Source: Squalus acanthias | Lineage: Eukaryota | Reading direction: 5' to 3' | Assembly (NCBI GenBank): GCA_030390025.1 | Contig: CM059439.1 | Span: 75,640,001 to 75,704,000 of the forward strand | DNA: 64,000 nucleotides | In this document: one piece after another, positions 59,401-64,000 of the stretch | Numbering within the stretch: position 1 is the first letter of the stretch | Layout: the number at the start of each line of letters is the position of its first letter | The notes under the pieces: model-generated | Told to the model about the DNA's origin: nothing | Databases searched by the model: none | What the model saw: only the letters and a program-made list of their open reading frames with translations | Position numbers and translations under genes: made by a program

Positions 59401-60350
59401 CACAGCTATTTCTTTGAATTACCTGAAGTGGAAACCATCAGGTCCTGGAGGTTTGTCTAACTGAAGTTCAATTATTTTCTCCATTACATATAGTATTTAC
59501 AGCATAGAAACAGGCCATTCGGCCCAACAGGTCTATGTCGGCGTTTGTGCTCCACACAGACCTCCTCCCACCTTACTTCATCTCACCCCATCAACATATC
59601 CTTCTATCCCTTTCCCCTTCAAGTATTTATCTAGCTTCCCTTCATTATTGATAATAAAATATTTGATCAGAGTATTTTAATTCAGATCAAAGCCACACAC
59701 AGTAATAATGTTCCCTTACCATTTTACTACTTATATTAAATCCAAAAGGTTCCTCCCCATGGTTTTTTTTTAGGTTTCCCTGCTGACATTTTATCCTCTA
59801 CCTCTACTATGAAAATGGATACAAAGTATTCTTTTAACAACAAAGTACAGTATTCCTTTAACAAGTCTGCCATTTCCTTATATTTTCATTATTGTCTCAC
59901 CTGCATCTGTCTTTAATGGGCCCACATTCTCTCCTCACCACTCTCTCAATATATTCATAATTTTGTTTTACTGTTAGCTTTGATATCCCTTTCAAGTTTT
60001 TTTTAAACCCCTACATCCTTTTCGCACAGTTTAACGTCTCATCTGAAAGACGGTGCCTCAGACAGTGCAGCACTCCCCCAGCACTGGACTGAAGTGCTAG
60101 CCTAGATTGCGTGCTCAAATCTCTTGAACCCACGACCTTCGAACTCAGACGAGAGTGCTGCCACTGACCCAAGGTGGACACCTACTTTCTTTGTATCCCT
60201 TCATTTTTAAATTTTAAATAGATTTCCCAGTCTGCTGGATTTCCAATTTTCCTTACATTTGTGCAAGCCTTTTCTTTTAGCTTGATATGGTCTTGTACCA
60301 AATACTTCTTTGAATACTTCCAATTGTTTGTCTGTAGGTTTATGCATTGA
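56485..60350 (-). mobile_element. Old CR1 LINE interrupted by a solo LTR, a CR1 tail fragment (~59490-59642) and a Deu-SINE head (~60028-60182)
   Basis: Minus-strand remnant LQLYRALVRLHLEDCIQFWA. The 3' end (56485-56563) rejoins 58061 onward. Confidence 0.8.
56564..58056 (+). mobile_element. 1493-bp solo LTR (retroviral or Gypsy type)
   Basis: TG...CA termini, TSD CATT (56560-56563, 58057-58060), TATAAAA at ~57423, AATAAA at ~57707; clean interruption of a CR1 3' end. Confidence 0.75.
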
Positions 60351-61517
60351 TAGTTTATTGATCTTGTGTTGTTGGTGCGAGATATTTCACCTGCACAAAT
60401 TTATCAATTGACAGGCAGACACTGGTTATATCAATGTACTGTACTCTTGATTCTCAGTTTGTACTTGTGTAAATTTCCACAGACAGTTTACAGATATTAA
60501 AACTATATAATACAAGCAATAATTACAAAATACAAGAAAACCCAAGTCACTCATTACGCGTGTGTTAAATAACTTGGATTCTGTTTTTAAACCATTTTTA
60601 AAGATTGAAACTCAACACCATAGCCAAACAGCACAATGAGGGAACAGATTAGATTATGCCCCAGCTACTAAAGCTTTCCAGAAGAGGTTGACGCAATCTT
60701 TAGGGCCAGAGGTTCAGACATTTTCACAGCCAAGAAAACCTGATCGCACTAGATAGCCTCCTGACATTTATTAATACAAGCTCCTCTGTAAAGTGCAGAT
60801 GCAACAGGCCCTTCTGCAGCATTCCACAGTTTTAGAAGTGGGAACCTATTACATTCAAGTACTACTAGTTTTCTCCACCATTGCACATATTTGCTGCAAT
60901 ATTGCAATTCTCATTCCTCACCCAAGCAGTTGCAGCAAAGATGCTCAAAATCAGTAAACATTTCAGTCAAGGAGCATTTGGTTTTACTGTCCCTGCAAGG
61001 CAGCAGAAATGTAACACTCCTTGTGATCTGGAAGAATGGGAAGGAACATGTACATAAGTAATCTGGCACAGCTATCATTGTAAAGCGGTAATGGCCAGGG
61101 CTGGAAGCAGAAAAAGCCAGATAACAAGCAAACGCACCATCGCCTTGTCTCCCTGCTGATGCTACACAAAGGCTGGTTTTGTTTTTAAACTAACCATTTT
61201 TGTGCACTTCTGTGCAAGTTGTTATTTACACGTACACACGAGCACAAAATTAGCTGATAAAGAATATCCATGTCGTTGCTACAGTCATCTTGACTTTTAT
61301 TTGATAGTAATAATAAAGGTTTGAATCTAAAAGACTATCCAAGAAAGCCAGGAGTTGGGGGGGGGGGGGGGGGGGGGTGTAGAAAGAGAAAGACAAAGAC
61401 AAAGAGAACCAACCCCCAAAAAACGTAAAACTCAGCAGGAATTTTCCAGTTCTCTTAATAAAGAATCATTTGGAGAATACACTGGAAATCATAGACCTCA
61501 ACAGAATCCAAAATATT

Positions 61518-62277
61518 GGCCCGTAATTTGCGGTCAGCGGCGAAGCGATGACTATCGCCGCTGACCTAAAAGAAAGCTGCCTACAGAGATCTCGTGATCT
61601 GTGGCGAGAAGTTTACCTTCCTCGACGTGTAATTAATTGTAACGCTCTCAATAGGGGATTCTAGCACAGTGCAGCAGTGATGTCATCAATCTGTCTAAGC
61701 AGCCAATCACATTGAAGAATTCTCAGACAGCAAACCAGGAAATAAAAAGCACTGACTATCTACACTTTTCAAAAACATGAGCGCGCAAAATTAAGATTGG
61801 GACATATACATGGGGGATTAAGGTAGAAGCTGAAATATCATGAACAAACTTTAAATTATTTTTTTTTTTTTATAAATCTCGTAATTTTTATCATAATGGA
61901 AAAATTTGACGTTCCACAAATCTAAAATTAGTTTTTCAGGGCCAGAACGGGTTTGGTTAGAAGTTAATACGCTGTTAAAACCCCAGTTACACCTATTCCA
62001 ACAAGGCTCAACATTTAATGGGGTTTTTAAACAGCGATATTAGCACGGTAAAGCTCAAGTTTTCAGCAATTTCACCGATTGCTGGCTATGGGGCTGGGGG
62101 AGGGAGGGGTGGCCACAGCGCAGCCAGTGGCGGAGCAGGGAATGACTGACCGCAACTTCAGGATTTCCACATTTAGGTGCGCATGCACCAAATTCTAAAG
62201 TTACTGTCAGTTTCAGAGAGGTAATGACGGCAAACACTGACAGTTCACCATCATTACCCACCGCAAAATCCAGGCCA
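61518..62277 (+). mobile_element. MITE-like DNA transposon, copy 2
   Basis: TIRs GGCCCGTAATTTGCGG / CCGCAAAATCCAGGCC; colinear with 54178-54869. Confidence 0.8.
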
Positions 62278-64000
62278 TTAGTTATCTATAAAACACAGTA
62301 GAACAGTTGTGGCCAACCCTTTTCAAAGCTAGCGAGCCAGATTAAAAAACTATTTTCTGAGGAACTAAATTTTAAATATATACTATGTTCACTGATTTTC
62401 TTACTGTATTTAATATAGCATGCAAGGTTTGAAACCTCGCGACTTCTTAAATTCTGCATGTCTATTTACTGGATTGTCCCTTCATTCCCTCTTAAACCCT
62501 TCCCATTTCCCCTTGCACCTCTCATTCTTCCCCCCCCCACCCCCCTCCATGTCACTTCTTCCCCTCTCTCATTTCTGTCGCTCCATCTCATTCTGCCAAC
62601 CCCTCAAACTCGAAGACTTGAAACATGCAGTTTGCACATCACAAGAGCTTCCCCACATACATTATTTTTTCCAATCTATTTTTGACCAGTTGGGGGTTTC
62701 AGGTTGACGCTTATCCTGTTCTCATCTCATACTGTACATAGAATGATACTTTCAAGCACATTTGTGTATATATGAGGAAGAGGAAGAAAAAAAACCCAAC
62801 ACTGGCTGGTTGGTGGGGGGGAGGAGAAAAGAGAAAGCAGCCCATAAATGCAGCAAAAAAAGCAAAAAAAAAGCAACCTTTAATGTCAGTGGCAGCATTT
62901 TGGATAACCAAGAGTGTTCAGGACCACAACCAGGAAAGCAGAACCAAATGCCAAACCCATTATTAATACTGAAGTTGAATACCTATAAATCGGACACTAT
63001 AGAAAGTCTTATTAACTCTATTTCAATCAAGGAGCACTTGGATTTATTGTCCCTGCAAGGCAGCAGATAGAAAATAATCGACTTAAAGATAACCTTTACA
63101 CAAAGGCTTCAATTTTGTAAATCTACAGGCAAGGCAATTTATGCTGAAATCAAGTAGATGACTGCAAATACTGGAAATAAAAATATTGCAACTAATGCAT
63201 TATACTCTTTAGTTTAAAAAAAAATCTGCTTAATCTACCATTTGAGAAAGGAAAGCTTTAGAAGTGAATCCTGAGCTTAGGATTCCCACCTTCCTCAGAG
63301 TTTGAGGCATAGCTGGGGACGGCATTAGTTGCACTGCACATCAGAGTGGAGGAGTTACTATATAGGTTAGCCAAGTCTAAATGAGAAGGCGGCTGGCTCT
63401 TTTGCTCTGGTTTATCTTATCCTTCATTATTATGCACCATTCACATTTGTTACTGAGCGAGTTGGCAGGGTAGCTGAAACATATTCAAAGAGCTGCTATT
63501 CCACCTCAGAGGAGTGCATGCAGTTCTCGAGGGCTGGTTGCCTCTCCAGTGGGAGCTCAGCTTTGCTTTTATGATAGTTTCTCTCCACCCCCTACACCAA
63601 TATTCTATTTTAGCCCATCTGTAGGAGAATATATGGGAACAGAAAAGATTACAGTCCAAATAACCAACAACAAAGTTGAAGAACAGAATACTTTATCTCC
63701 TTGGCCCCTCAATTGCTTTTTTTGGCCAAACATATCTATCCAGCCCCTCTAACCCACCCACAGTATTTCCTCTCCACTGCCTTCCCTTCACAGTCATTTC
63801 CACACATTCACCACCCTGTTTACTGACATCCAAACTGTTGGTTCATTCTACCCCTTCGGAGTTCAAGGTTTAGCTTAAAAAGATTTTGTTTTTCAGGGAA
63901 CATGAACAGAAGATCCACCATTTTCTACAATTCCTCTACTATCCCATTGCAACTTGAACAAAAACAAACAATGCAGAATAGAAAAGATAAAAGAGTCAAA

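Noticed and set aside
60980-61007. CTCF or REST site in the 48-bp repeat
   Set aside because: Only partial resemblance; key consensus positions are mismatched.
63880-64000. Acceptor-like TTTTGTTTTTCAG followed by (G)NM..., resembling the start of ARPC5 exon 2
   Set aside because: The following residues (NRRSTIFYNSS) do not match ARPC5 (TAALQAALKNPP).

Overview
This is vertebrate nuclear DNA, and the repeat complement (Deu-domain tRNA-SINEs, V-SINE, CR1, L2, Penelope-type hairpins) points to a cartilaginous fish (shark-like). The only supportable host gene is an intact APOBEC4 with a single coding exon (7215-8342, +). A candidate first exon/promoter near 1280-1300 carries adjacent RFX X-box and forkhead motifs. 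The rest is transposon-rich non-coding DNA. It includes a complete but mutated Ty3/Gypsy element (32839-37167, tRNA-Trp PBS), a young 5'-truncated CR1 with an open RT frame (50474-52630), a 1.49-kb solo LTR with a 4-bp TSD (56564-58056), a three-layer Gypsy>CR1>Penelope nest (46515-49137), several MITE-like elements, and many decayed LINEs/SINEs. The most striking signal is a set of three non-coding, hammerhead-ribozyme-bearing fold-back insertions from two Penelope-like families. They share one architecture: inverted arms, a ~33-45-nt unpaired tail, and an 11-13-bp TSD ending in a TATA-like motif. The largest is a 420-bp-arm hairpin with ribozyme motifs on both strands and a 28-bp flip/flop micro-inversion between its arms. 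All calls were made by eye, no searches were run, and boundaries of decayed repeats are approximate.
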